Source: Octopus vulgaris (Eukaryota). From it: a stretch of 64,000 nt of DNA. The stretch lies in NCBI GenBank assembly GCA_951406725.2, contig OX597829.1:38688001-38752000 (forward strand), written 5' to 3'. Of this stretch, positions 12,620-25,922 are shown piece by piece (the first letter of the stretch is position 1; every line of letters starts with the position of its first letter). A program made the position numbers and the translations under genes. Below the pieces are notes generated by a model. It did not search any database. It was not told where the DNA came from and saw only the letters and a program-made list of their open reading frames with translations.

Positions 12620-13146
12620 AGATATATGTATGTGTGTATTTATATATGTGCATAGATGTGTATACATATATGCATGTATATATAAGTGTGCATGTATATA
12701 TATATGTATGTATATGTGTATATATATATGTGTATACATTCGTGTATATATATGAGTATGCATATGTGTGTGTGTATATATATATATATGTGTGTGTATG
12801 TATGTGTATGCATATGTGTATGTATGTGTATGTATATGTGTATATATGTATGTGTATGCATATGTGTATATATGTATGTGTATGCATATGTTTATATATG
12901 TATGTATGTGTATGCATATGTGTATATATGTATGTGTATGCATATGTTGATATATATATATATATATATATATATGTGTATACATGTGTGAATATATGTA
13001 TGCATACGTGTGTGTGTGTATATGTGTATGCATACATGTGTGTGTGTGTATATGTGTATGCATACGTGTGTGTGTGTGTATATGTGTATGCATACGTGTG
13101 TGTGTGTGTATATGTGTATGCATACGTGTGTGTGTGTGTGTGTGTG
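12620..13146. repeat. Compound (TA)/(TG) microsatellite ending in 30-bp periodic units
   Basis: tatgtgtatgcatacgtgtgtgtgtgtgta repeated about 5 times at 12995-13146. Confidence 0.95.
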
Positions 13147-13624
13147 AAACTTTTGGTGGTGATCCAATGATCCAAGACTTTATAGCACTTGGCAAGCCCC
13201 TTTTTATTGATAAATATTAACAGACATAACACTTCTTCTGTGCAGCAGGGAAAAAGAACATGGAATTGGCAGAAACGTAATACTGTCTAGTTTAAACCAG
13301 TGATGCATAATAACAATATTTCTGGTTAGTTGAGTATGACAACATAAAATATGTACACAAACGAACTGAAAAAAGAGTCATACGAGCTAACTTGGAATAA
13401 GCGTTACTAAGGAAGAGTAGAATCAGTAACAACATTTGAGGAAAAATAAAAACAAGCCATTTCTTGATGGAGTAATCATCATCATTGCCATCATCTTGGT
13501 TACTTGTTCCTGCCATTGTCAGTATCTTCTAACTCCCTCACTTGGTTTTCACTTCTACTATTATTTGCCATTTATATCATTCTTCATTGTTGTGATCATC
13601 ACAATCTCTATTATCACCACTGTA

Positions 13625-13855
13625 CAACTACAGCCATTACCACCACTGCAGCCATTACCACCACTACAGCCATTGCCACTGCAACAGCCGTTACCACCAC
13701 TACAGCCATTGCCACCGCTACAGTCGTTACCACCGCTACAGTCGTTACCACCGCTACAGTCGTTACCACCACTACAGCTGTTACCACCGCTACAGCCGTT
13801 ACCACCGCTACAGCCGTTGCCACCGCTACAGCCGATGGCACCACTACAGCTGTTC
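13625..13855. repeat. 18-bp minisatellite (about 13 copies)
   Basis: Consensus gccgttaccaccgctaca repeated in tandem. Confidence 0.95.
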
Positions 13856-13879
13856 CTTACTGATTCTGTCATCTAATGG

Positions 13880-14150
13880 CCAGACACTGTTTACTGATAA
13901 AACTGATATCCTCTCTTGATGCAAAGAACATTTCAAGTCTGTTTTGAACTCTGATGCTGACTTACATCACAATACCATCAATTCAATTCTTCAACATCCC
14001 AAAATATTAGAACCCTCTCTTGAACCTATCATATCAGAAGGCCAGATTATACTTCAGCCCCTAACAGTTGCTAGCACATACAAGGCTCAGTAAGGCCCAC
14101 AATGGAGTACTGCTTCCACATCTGGGACAGTGCTGCATCATCACTTATAC
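13880..14150 (+). mobile_element. Highly degenerate CR1/L2/Jockey-group LINE fragment
   Basis: tacaaggctcagtaaggcccacaatggagtactgcttccacatctggg reads (with one frameshift) YKAQ(V)RPTMEYCFHIWD. Confidence 0.55.
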
Positions 14151-15042
14151 CACTTGTTAATTACATTTTAATTTTTTTTTTACCTAGAGTTGCTGATTCC
14201 TCTTTTATTAATTCAAATTGTATTTAAACAGAATTTATTGATTTATGCTGAAAATTCAAATTTGGTCATGAGAGAATGACTATGTAGTTGTTTGACCTAT
14301 TAATAGTAATAATTAAAATTCCTTCAGCTCAAACTATCTTAGAAAAGAAGGATGTGCAATGAAGAATAATGTAGTTCTAAAGAAAGTGTGCCCAGGGAAA
14401 AGGAATTGGGCAATGATCTCAACTGGAATGGTTTTGCTCAAAGATCTGCTTAACTGGAGCCATTCTGGGTCCCAAACAACAATTAAAATTTGATAAATTT
14501 ATTAACGTTTGTCTGTGACCATTTTATTCATGGACAAATATAGATTCTGTCAAGTTATTCAAATTTCAAAACAGCTAATTTTAATGTGAATAAATATTGA
14601 GAAATAACAAATAATAAAATTTGTTTGATCTACAAAAGCAGTCATTAACTTTAATAAGCCAGTTTATTTTAAATAAACTCTAACAAAATAACATTGTTTA
14701 TTTTCATTGAGCAAAGGCCACCTCATATTTTTAGATAGCGACACATTAGAATTGTTAAATAAGACTAAGTGTTATTTGTGTTTTGTTTACTAAAAATATA
14801 ACATTCATATGAATGGCTTTTTGAATCTAAATTTTATTTTGCATTTAAATTTTCCCCAAATCTATGCTACAGTACAATTTTGCCTGATTTTTGTTTTTGA
14901 TTTCTTTAAAGCAGAAAATATGAGAAAATGCACAAAGCGGGTCATCTTACTGATTATAAATATGGAAGGTGTCTCACTGATCTTTGTGTAAGTGTGTGTG
15001 TGTGTGTGCCCTTGCCTTGATATGTTGTAAATGAGCACAACC

Positions 15043-15273
15043 TATTTCTTTACTACCCACAAGGGGCTAAACATAGAGGGGACAAACAAGGACGACATAG
15101 GAATTAAGTCGATTACATCGACCCCAGTGCGTAACTGGTACTTAATTTATCGACCCCGGAATGATGAAAGGCAAAGTCAACCTCGGCGAAATTTGAACTC
15201 ACAATGTAACAACAGACGAAATACTGCTAAGCATCTCACCAGACGTGCTAACGTTTCTACCAGCTCACCGCCT
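15043..15273 (-). mobile_element. SINE family A
   Basis: Full-length; 13-bp flanking duplication aatgagcacaacc (15030-15042/15278-15290). Confidence 0.92.
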
Positions 15274-16449
15274 TTACAATGAGCACAACCATCACTAAGC
15301 GATGTTCATTTCCAATCTTACAGGAAATTACAATTAGAAAAAGCACCTGGCCATAGGGATGTAGTACCTTGCTTAGAAATAAATGAGGGTTGGCAACATA
15401 GAGCATCCAGCCTCAGAAAATCTGCCTCAACAAATTTCATCCGACCCATGCAAGCTTGGAAAAGCAGACATTACATGATAATAATGATGATTTTGAAGGA
15501 AGATGAAAGTTTTTGATTATTAGTAACAGCACCTCAACGAATTAGAAACTTTAATATTTTAGCTCGGCATTGTTATTGTTATGGTGAGCTTGTGACATAT
15601 TTACACACATACACACACTTGTGTGTGTACGAAACCAATAATTTCCTGATGTGCTATTGTACAACTCTACCATATCTGATGACTGTTAATTTACCTTTCC
15701 ACACTTGAGAGGTTCTTTAACATGAAACTGTCCAGTTTTATGATTCAGCTGTTAGGAGACTAAATTTATAATACTATGTAAATAATGTACCCACTCAATT
15801 ACCTAACATATGAATGCTTGTGTGTTTTCTAACTTACGAAAATTTATTGGACAACTAATATTTGTAATATGTTTATAAACAAAACAAAATATATGGGAAG
15901 TTGGTTGTGCTGCACCACTGATAACATCATGTTTTTTCAAACTAAAGCCATTGAGTTATGCAACTTGAACAAGACACTGCTATACATGCTTCTGTTGTAT
16001 GACTAACAAAACTGGTTCTGTTCTTAGTTTACAATTAAGTGGTTAGCATACCATTATGAAGGACATTTGGCTTTAAACCAAAGCACAAAATAATAATAAT
16101 AATAATAATAATCCTTCGTACTATAGGCACAGAGGCTGAAATAGTTACATTGATATCTTCCCCTTCCTTAGTGCTCAACTGGTATTTATTTTATCAATCC
16201 TGAAAGGCAGAGTCAACCATAGTAGCATTTGAACTCAAAATATAAATAATAGTAAGACAACATCACTTATTATTATTAGGGAACTTGGAATGATATCAAA
16301 AGGGGAAAACAAATGTGTAGATTAAATTCCTAGCTCCTCAAAATAAGTGAATTTGAAAAATATCATAGTTATGATTACCTCGAGTATATTACTCTCCATG
16401 TAAATACAGTGATAAAGGTGTATGTAATACATACATATATATATATATA

Positions 16450-16650
16450 TCATCATCATCATTTGACATCTGCTTTCCATGCTGACATGGGTTGGACAGT
16501 TTGACTGAGGACTGGTGAGCCTGATGGCTGCACCAGGCTCCAAACTGATCTGGCAAAGTTCCTACAGCTGGCTGCCCTTCCTAATGCCAACCACTCTGAG
16601 TGTGTAGTAGGTGCTTTTTTATGTGCCACTGGCACAGGAGCCAGTCAGAT
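16450..16650 (-). mobile_element. 3'-UTR copy of the RTE LINE (family C)
   Basis: (cat)n tail next to (TA)n; gcccttcctaatgccaaccactc and ggtgctttttatgtgccac motifs shared with 59233-59540. Confidence 0.85.
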
Positions 16651-16999
16651 CTGTTAGACTGCAGTCGTTCTTGGGTACTACCTTGAAGAATTTTATTCAA
16701 ATTAATCAACCTTGGTACTTATTTTATCACTTTTTTGCTGAACCGCTAAGTTACAGAGACCTAAACACACCAACACTAGTTGCCAAGTGGTGGTTGGGTG
16801 ACAAACACAGACACACATACACACATAATATATATGACACACAGGTATCAGTCTTTTCAATATCATGGCATCTCACCTATTTGCCTCCTTAGATGCAAAA
16901 CCTCTTGTCTACTGATGTCTCAAGTTGACATTTGGGTGCAGTTTGTATAAATTATGGCAGATGCAAAACAATAGTAATAAATTATAATAATAATCATCA

Positions 17000-17420
17000 T
17001 CATTTAATGTCTGCTTTCTGTGCTGGCATGGGTTAGATGGTTTGACTGGAAGGTGGCGAGCTGGCAGAAACGTTAGCACGCCGGGCGAAGTGTGTAGCTG
17101 TATTTCGTCTGCCGTTACATTCTGAGTTCAAATTCCGCTGAGGTCGACTTAGACTTTCATCCTTTCAGGGTCAATAAATTAAGTACCAGTTACACACTGG
17201 GGTCGATGTAAGCCAGAGAACTGCACAAGATTCCAATCTGATCTTGGTTTGGTTTCTATGGCTTGATGCTCTTCCTAATGCCACACACTCCGCAGAGTGT
17301 ACTGGATACCTTTTGCATATCACTGGGTACCTTTTACATGTCACTGGCACAGGTGCCTTTTAAGTGTCACCAGCATAGGTTTCTTTTACTTGTCACTGGC
17401 ACTGACCACAAATTCAGTTT
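17000..17420 (-). mobile_element. Old family C copy containing a partial family A SINE (17050-17210, +)
   Basis: Family C motifs on both sides of aaggtggcgagctggcagaaacgttagc...ggggtcgatgtaa. Confidence 0.75.
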
Positions 17421-17480
17421 AACTTAGCTTGATGTAGCTTCTGCACAGCAAATTGCCAGAAATCTTGGCAATTTGGAAAT

Positions 17481-18188
17481 CATCATCATCATCATCATGA
17501 TCGTTTAGCATCCGCTTTCCATGCTAGCATGGGTTGGACGGTTCAACTGGGGTCTGGGAAGCCAGAAGGCTGGATACCCTTCCTAACACCAACCACTCCA
17601 TGAGTGTAGTGGGTGCTTTTTACGTGCCACCGGCACAGGTGCCAGATGTGGCTGGCAAATGGCAATGATCAGATGGTGCTTTTTACGTGCCACCGGCGCT
17701 GGCAACGGCCACTTTCGGATGGTTCTCTTATGTACCACCGGCACTGGTATCGCAGCTACAATTTCCATTGATGTTGATCGATTTTGATTTTGATTTTCAC
17801 TTGCTTCAACAAGTCTTCACAAGTAGAGTTTTGTGTCCCAAGAAGGAAAGGTATGCATAAGTGGACTGGCTACATCCCAGGTAGAGGCCACGGGTTATGG
17901 TCTCACTTGTCCTGCCGGGTCTTCTCACGCACAGCATACTTCCAAAGGTCTCGGTCTCTAGTCATTTCCTTGGTGAGACCTAAAGTTCGAAGGTCGTGCT
18001 TCACCACCTCGTCCCAGGTTTTCCTGGGTCTACCTCTTCCACAGGTTCCCTCAACTGCTAGGGTGTGGCACTTTTTCACACAACTATCTTCATCCATTCT
18101 CGCCACATGACCATACCAGTGCAAAAGTTTCTCTTGCACACCACAACTTATGCTTCTTAGGTCCAACTTTTCTCTCAAGGTACTTACA
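17481..18188 (-). mobile_element. 5'-truncated RTE LINE (same family as 59233-61975)
   Basis: ORF 17903..18178 LREKLDLRSISCGVQE...WYGHVARMDE...[18 protein letters not shown] matches the C-terminus of the 712-aa ORF; followed by the same 3' UTR and (gat)n tail. Confidence 0.93.
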
Positions 18189-19554
18189 AGGTACCTTAAG
18201 AAATATTTTCAAATTTTAGTGCAAGGCCAGCAAGAGAGTGATGGTCATTTACAGTCACTCCACTGCTCAAATGACACTTATTTTATCAGCCCCAAAAGAT
18301 GAGAGGCTAAGTCAACCTCAGTAGAATTTCAATTCAGAATGTAATGAACTGGAAGAAATACTGCTTGGCATTTTGTCCAGCACTCTAACAAATCTATGAG
18401 CTTGCCACCTTAATTTTCTTTTCTGATAGAGATACAAGATCTAAATTTTGGAGAAGTAGGACCACAAAACATTTTGTCCGGCTTGCTAATGATTCTTCTA
18501 GCTCACTGCTTTAGTAACATTATAAATAGTAATAATAATAATAATAATTTATCCAATAAAGAGTATAGTATATTCACTTAGTAACTTAGCAACTTGGACT
18601 AGAATCTTGAATGTGAAAGAAAAAGATGGTTATTTATGTATTTAAATTTTCTGTTTTTAAAAAAACATTCTTATGAAAATTACCTTGAAAAATATTTTTT
18701 CTCAATTACTCACAAAACTTTATAAATATTCAATTGTTGTAACAAATGCTTTATTAGTTAATTAGTTGAATTTTTTTTTTTTTTTTAAATCCTATGTCTT
18801 TTCAAAGCCACAAACTCCTTCATCTCATTTCATAGACATAATACATATTTTCCCAGAGTTAGAAACTGGTTGTCTGAAGCAGGATGTGAGTTTAATAGTT
18901 TGATACTTGAAATGTTGAAACAGTAATCCAATTTTGTTTTTCTTTTAAATCAATAAGCTTCTTTCTTTTTTTATAATTTTTTTCTATGAAGAAAATTGCT
19001 AGATATAATGGATTATTGACCAGGAAGAGAAAAAAATATATATATGTTAGTAAATGCCTTGTAAATCTAAAATGTCAACTTATCTAGAAAGCCAAGTTGA
19101 ATTATTTTAGCTGCATTATACAGACACTGGGCTTCACATGCTGGTACTGGTGTTGTCAGTTCAATTACTGCAAAGCTCCATGTATAGTATGCACTTTTTC
19201 CCCACTAAAATCAAGATTAATTTTACCGGTTCATATAACACATTGTATGAGGTTAAAAAAACATTTTTTTCTAACCCACTTTTATTAACAAAGAACAATT
19301 ATTTAATAAAAATTATTTTTCAAGATTTTTAAAAATTATATTTCATTATATTTTATATGAAAATGAAACCTTTAAAACTAATATTTGGGATTTTAGGGTT
19401 ATCTGCTCTTGTTACATTTGTGAAACATTGCATGTTATACTGAATATTTCCAATGCTATATATGATGATACATGTACAATATCATGTACAATACTGTGTT
19501 ATACATGCTATCATAAATTTTAAGATAACTTAAATCCAAAAATGTAGTTGTTCA

Positions 19555-19898
19555 TCTCTATATATATAAACAGCAAAATGTCTGCGTGTGTGTCCTTTAT
19601 ACAAATCCACAATTTTTCAGTTAGAGGGCTTGCAGTTTCTAAGGTCATTTAAAACCGTCCGAGGGTGGTCGTGCACATCTTTACATTTCCCCAGTCACCC
19701 TGCAAAGCCATTAAAAAAATCAATAGAAGTGATTTTTGGTGAATTTTCTATCCAAAACCCAATCAAAATGCCTGAAACTTGATACGCCAATCGAATGCCA
19801 GCTAGCTGTATGTGATTGGTTGGAGATTTGGACAGTACACGCAGCTGTATATGCATGCACTAGCACTATGACCCAGCGTTGTCGGGTCATAGTGCTAG
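19555..19898 (+). mobile_element. Non-autonomous Helitron
   Basis: Starts A|TCtctatatatataa, ends with a GC-rich hairpin and CTAG|T; no TSD. Confidence 0.8.
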
Positions 19899-21123
19899 TT
19901 ATTTATAAAAGTATTTTATGCATGACTTTTATGGCTATTAAAATTTCTTGCCTTATCAGTTATATTTGCACCTATGTTTCATGCAACAAGTGTTCCTTGA
20001 TATTTCATCTTGGCCATTTTTTTGAGTTATAGCACCACTTTTGTGGCCGTTCTTTTGAGTTATAGCAACATGTTTATTCATAAAAATTCTATATTCTTCT
20101 CTATAGATTATACTTCTTTGAGAAGGTCTAATAAGATCAAAACATGTCCAGAACTGTCATTGCACTGCCAAAGATCAGGCTTACTCCCTCATTTTTGATA
20201 CCAACCACCTGGTACTATATTAACTTCCTGTTTTAAAATTATCTAAACTAAAGTGTTTCCATTAAAATTTCATGCTGATATATTTTCCAAACACCAGCAT
20301 AGTAATGAGTTATTTTATGAAACTAAGTGAAACAAAGGTAGTGTATTTTTAGCAGATATATGGTAACAAAAAGGCTAATAGATTCAAATTCTATGATTGT
20401 TTCTCCTGCCTTTTTTTCTTCTTTTGACCAGAATCATACATAAAAATTTTTTCTCTTATCATTGTGGGAATAATTTTACTTATAACTTCTTGGTTTACAA
20501 CTTTAATGTGTTAACATCCACATGACTATACATGAACACATGGATCTTACCAAATTGTCATCATGGTTATCTTTTATTTGTTTTCAGTCATAAGACTGTG
20601 GCCATGCTGGGGCACCACCTTGAAGAATTTCAGTTGAATGAATCAACTTCAATACTTCTTTTTCTTTTTGAAGCTAGTTACTTTTTCTACCGTACTCTTT
20701 TGCCAAACCACTAAGTTATGGGGATGTAAATACATCGACCAAGGTTATCAAGTAGCATTGAGGGACAGACACACACACACACACACACATACAATCATCA
20801 TCATCTTCATTTAACATACTTTTCCTCATGCTCTCTCATGTGATATACCTATATGAGGGATTCTCTTGTCATGAACAACAAATAAAGGTTTAGTAATGGT
20901 AATCATATTCTATGGAAACGCATGTGTCTCCTGAGGCCTGTTGCTGCCTTGCAAACCTTTTGGAAAATGAAACAAGTTGAGGACTCACTTTGCTTAAATG
21001 ATTGTGGATCATTCACTATGTGTTTTCTTGAGTGGATGGCAAGGCCTGCCTTGTCTCACACCACAAAACCACAATGACAGGCAAGGTCTTCATTTAGGGG
21101 AATGGTATTTTGCCAGCATTATT

Positions 21124-21360
21124 AAGGCGGCAAGCTGGCAGAAATGTTAGCACGCTGGGCGGAAATGCTTTGTGGTATTTTGTCCGCCGCTGCATTCTGA
21201 GTTCAAATTCTGCCGAGGTTGACTTTGCCTTTCATCCTTTCGGGGTCGATTAAATAAGTACCAGTTACGCACTGGGGTCAATGTAATCGACTTAATCCGT
21301 TTGTCTCTCCTTGTTTGTCCCCTCTGTGTTTAGCCCCTTGTGGGTAGTAAAGAAATAGGT
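21124..21360 (+). mobile_element. SINE family A
   Basis: Full-length aaggcggcaagctggcagaaatgttagc...gggtagtaaagaaatagg; ggtattttgcca repeated on both sides. Confidence 0.92.
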
Positions 21361-22583
21361 ATTTTGCCACCATACCTTCATGCTCTCACAAAATTGGTCT
21401 TGATGTTGGAGTCATCATCATTTAATGTTGGTTTCTGTGCTGGCAGTTTGACAGGAGTCTGGTATGGCCAAGAGTCATACCAGACTCCATTGTCAGTTAA
21501 GGCATGGTTTCTACAGCTAGATGCCCTTTCTAATGCCAACCGCTCGACAGTGTACTGGATGCTATTCATGTGGCAGCAGCACCAAAAGGGTCACCAGGTA
21601 ACTTGCAAGGGAAAAACTCCCTCAGCTGAAAGAAGGGAGTAATAGTGAGTGGGGGGGTGCTTTGTACCAGTTGATGAGAGATTAGAGACAGAAAGGGACA
21701 GGCATAGATGTTTTGTGTTGTGTATGTGTATATATAAAAAAATCACAAGAATGGAGAAAAATCACATCTTTAATTGGTGATTCCACCATACAATACCAAC
21801 AATCGTTTCTATTGTGTCAACTTATTTAGAGACAGAAAATATCAGTCAAAATAATATATCTGAAAATATATGTTATCAAGGCAGTCCAAAAGTGGTGGAA
21901 GTCGTTGTGATAGTGAAAGTAGATGTCATATAACATTAGATGATACTTTCCCAAGAGAGCTCACCCATAGTCATATTGTACAAATGTTCTCTTTTGTATA
22001 TGGATGTTAACATCTCTTCTATTCTTGTCTAAACATTATCAACCACCAATAAATTTGGTGTCTTTCTTTCTATCCATTGAATTGATCAATTGCTTCAGTG
22101 TCCAGTCTTGATATATATGTTCCAACAATAAAAAATACTATCTATTCATTTAACTGAACTACCGATATTAGATTCATAGTGTAAATGAATGAGCTTTCTT
22201 AATTGTCCTCTTTGCTCTCTTGGACACTTTCTGTGGTCTTGTAGACCACGTCTTCATTTGACGATACCTTTCTTCAATCCCAACTCTTGGCTTGTTACTC
22301 ACTGCGCAATGATTAATACCAACAAAAAGAAATTTGCTTTCATGAGGAAACATTCAACATTGGAAGCAACCAGTGATGTGCTTGTGTGAATATTGTTTGA
22401 TATTTCCCCCCCAATGTTTTTCATTGTTGTATTTAATTCAATAGAAAAGAAAGTATACCTAATTAGATAAAAAAAAAAAAAATGAAAAATCAACAGGAGG
22501 TTAAAAATTGTTCATAGGCCACTGTATGTGTATGTATGGACATGTTTGGGTATGTGAGTGTATGTGTGTGTGTGTATGTATAT

Positions 22584-22960
22584 AAGGGCGGAGGAACTCT
22601 TGAGAGTCAACTGCCATCTTAAGGCTGTATCATGCTCGGGGACATAGAAATAATCGGACTGAATACCCAATCACACGGTTAAACCATTGGGAGTGAAGGA
22701 CTCCTAGCCTTTGTTAGGGCATCCTTCTAGGAGAAGGTACCTCAGGTAACTGGGATAACTCCGACATAAAACCTGCGGCTCAGTGGTTACCGACGATGTT
22801 GACTTGTTCTTCTTTTTGGATTATGGCTGCTGTTGCTTAGTGAGTGGGATTGACTCAGTGCACAGCCTTTCCTCCTTCTTGCACAGGCATTGCACGATAA
22901 CAACATTGATTAAGCTTCGTGCAATGGCCATACTCAATAACGAGGGGGCAGCCACCATAT
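22584..22960 (+). mobile_element. Probable RTE-type LINE 5'-UTR-derived insertion
   Basis: GC-richer island inside a TG/TA microsatellite; agggcatccttctaggagaagg...aactc...aaacc resembles motifs I recall from RTE 5' UTRs (not verified). Confidence 0.4.
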
Positions 22961-23939
22961 ATATATAAATATATATATGCTTACATATGTGTGTGTTTTT
23001 ATGTATATATATATATATTACACTCACACTCAACATTTATTCATTTTGAAGCTAAAACTTTTTATGTCTACTTATTTCATATTCTCAATCCCCGGGTAAG
23101 AGATAAATTGAACAACACTGCCGCTTTATATAATAATAAAACTGACTAAAAATATTATAAAAGATTCAAATATTTCTTAAGCATCCCATTGGACAGAAAA
23201 AAAAACTGAACAGCTTTTTGAAAAAGTAGGAGAGAAGAAATATAAATTCACGAGCATGACTGGATCAAATGAATTATATGATGAAAAATATATATAAATC
23301 TAGATAGATATATGAGAAATACTGTGAATGTTATGACAACATAAATCACAGATAGAAAGTATGAAACTAGTATTCAATAAAGCTAGATAAAAAATATTTT
23401 GGTAGAAAATTCCACATTTTACTTTATTATCATCATCATCATTATCTTCTCTTGAAGTAATTTAAGTTTATGAAAGGTAGATGAATGCAAAACAGATTAT
23501 AGAGTAGCATTTATTTATTAAAATTATTAAGTGTTATAAATATGTAAAAGTTTTAACTATGTAGAATCAAATCTTATTAAAATTGGTGCAAACATGCAAA
23601 AATACATAGAATGGTATATTTCTAATTTATGGAAATGTTGCTCATAATTCGTTTGTATTTCTGAACCATACTGGGAAGTGTAATCACTACTTTTCATATG
23701 TATCTTTTATTTGTTATTCAAATTATGATCATATAAACATCTCTGATGACTGTTAGATACACTGGCATATTTTATCCAGTGTTGGACTGCTTCATCAATG
23801 TCTACTTTCTATGATAAGTGATGAACCTGATAGTAGTAGTAGTGGTGGTGGTGGTGGTGGTAGTATTAGTAGTGTATATCCCACCATTTGTCCATGTACC
23901 AGTATGACAAGTTCCTACTTTATGGGTGCTTGTCCATGC

Positions 23940-24480
23940 ATGACTTTTGTTTAATGTTCTCTGCCAGTGAAAATGTTAATTGCCCATAATTCCTCATAAT
24001 TCAAGGTTCATTAATTAAAGGATCATCTGCATACTGATTCAATTAAGAGTGACTTGAGGAAACATGTTGGGCAAATGTTAACATGTCTTGCTGTTTGTGC
24101 CGACAGTAACAAGGTCCAAAGTCTGGAGGAATTTGTGGAAGTGAGTCAGTTACCAAGACTCTTTACCATTGAGCCAAAATATCTGACAGGCATCTCCAAG
24201 ATTTCTTCTGTTTCCAAGTTCCCTTGCAATCACCTTATGGCAAGGGATTAAAAGTTTTGGCACCTCAGAGCTTCTAATGATGGAATGACACAGTAATTGG
24301 AGGAAAAAAACCTTGTAGTTTGTATCTTAGAAGATTTGTACTCTTGACAAGTAAAAATGCCTTTGGTTAACCCTGGGTAGTACTCATTTCTAAGAAAAGA
24401 GTGAGCATCATTTTTGACATTGCAGCCTTTAGGAAAATAAGGACTAGCCGATGAATAACAGCTGAGAGAACATTGTCTTG
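23940..24480 (-). mobile_element. Possible very degenerate Helitron helicase fragment
   Basis: Minus-strand traces LQTLDLV...CFLKSLL...FSLAENIK in the order of Pif1 motifs DFRQTLPV / CLKxSxLW / LxxNMR; many frameshifts. Confidence 0.3.
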
Positions 24481-25874
24481 GATATACCTTTAGAAAGCCA
24501 TCAGAATATTGGTGCTTACACAGAGTAGACTTGTAAGCCTGCAGTAACCGAGTAAACAGAATACATGAACTACCTACTTGCATTAATGAAAGATGGATTT
24601 TGTGTGTGTGTGTGTGCATGCGTGTGATTGTGCGCATGTGTGTGCACGCATGTGTGTGCACGCATGTGTGTATGTGTGTGTGTGTGCACACACCAATGTT
24701 GAGTGTTGCTAATTTTGGCTGAAGATTGGTAGTGACATGAAATTCAAATCAGGAGACAAACTCTTAGTTCCAGTTATAACAAAAACTATATGTATAAATA
24801 CATGTATATTTTTATATACATTTATGTGCACATATACGTTTGTATAAGATTGATAAATATATATTTCTTCATGGCTGAGTTACCAAATTTTTTTTTCTAC
24901 ATTTTTATAGCTTTTTTATTTGTGATAGATTGCCCTGAATACTCAATCTCGTGAAGTGACATTCAGCCTGTCTTGACATGCTCAAGCCATTCCAAAACGT
25001 ATGTTCAAACTAAAATGGTTTTATCAAAAGCTTGACAAAGCATTTCATGGATTTGAGGTGTAGTTTGGCTAAACTTCATGAAAACGTTTGTGTAGTTGTC
25101 TGTGACAAGAATTACAAAGCTGTCCTGATACAGTAATACAAAACATTGAATCACAATCGTATGTGTTGATAATGTGAAGCAATTTTATAAACCAACTCAG
25201 TAGGGTGGCTACCATTGACTGTTAGCTACACATTTCCAATAACACTTCTACACACACACACACACACACACACAAGTTAGTGTAGTAGGTTTCTTATTCT
25301 GCCATTAATGCACAGTTTCACTAGTTTTTTTTTTAAATGTCATTTGCTTGTGTACATCATCTTCAAAAACGGTGAACTAATCAATAAGGGAGATGACTTC
25401 TGGTTTGTTTTGTTTGTTATTTTTTTTATTATAAAGTGATAGATTGCACAGGTTACCTTCCCTGTGATTTCTGCTTACATGGTGAAAGATTCCACCGAAA
25501 CTGATGTAATGAAAACACAACTAATCTATTACAACGTTTTTAACTCAGAAAAATCCACCATGTTAAACAATTGGGTCCTCTCAGTCCTTTTTCTCCCTCC
25601 GTTATCACACACACACACACACACACACACCAATATCCATTAGTGTGTTGTTTATACAAGTAAACATACATATATTTAAACAATAAAGCTACTATTAGGG
25701 AGTGAAGTTAGCTCATTAACTAAATATTTACAAAAAAAAATGAAAAAAAAGAATAATTAAAAGTTTATCTCCAAACAGCTTAATTAGAAAAACGTTTACC
25801 ACAGCTTGTTAGATGTTGCTGCCTCAGATAAATTGTTCAGATTTCTTCATTATTTTTGGTACTTTTCCTTTTAG

Positions 25875-25922
25875 AATAAAAACTTAAAAGAGGAACCTGA
25901 CAAAAGCAATTCTGCTACAGCG
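25875..25922 (+). CDS. Probable 48-bp symmetric micro-exon of the same host gene
   Basis: Acceptor ttttccttttag|, donor GCG|gtaaga, phase 0-0, NKNLKEEPDKSNSATA; in frame with exon 5211-5350 and similar in composition. Confidence 0.6.

Noticed and set aside
12562-13232. Long overlapping YI/CV/HT-rich ORFs (also 26388-27334, 38828-39621, 41485-42784, 50717-51914, 58755-59275, 62687-63679)
   Set aside because: Translations of TA/TG/CA microsatellites, which lack stop codons in most frames.
13436-13876. 146-aa hydrophobic plus proline-rich ORF as a secreted protein
   Set aside because: TTG start, N-terminus derives from (cat)-rich low complexity and the rest from a minisatellite.
21790-22500. 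Possible decayed Penelope fragment with GAAAcgattgTT half site on the minus strand
   Set aside because: Too degenerate; no protein or ribozyme motif could be completed.
24870-25240. Possible mariner 5' remnant
   Set aside because: Only a vague resemblance; no TIR pair or transposase motif identified.
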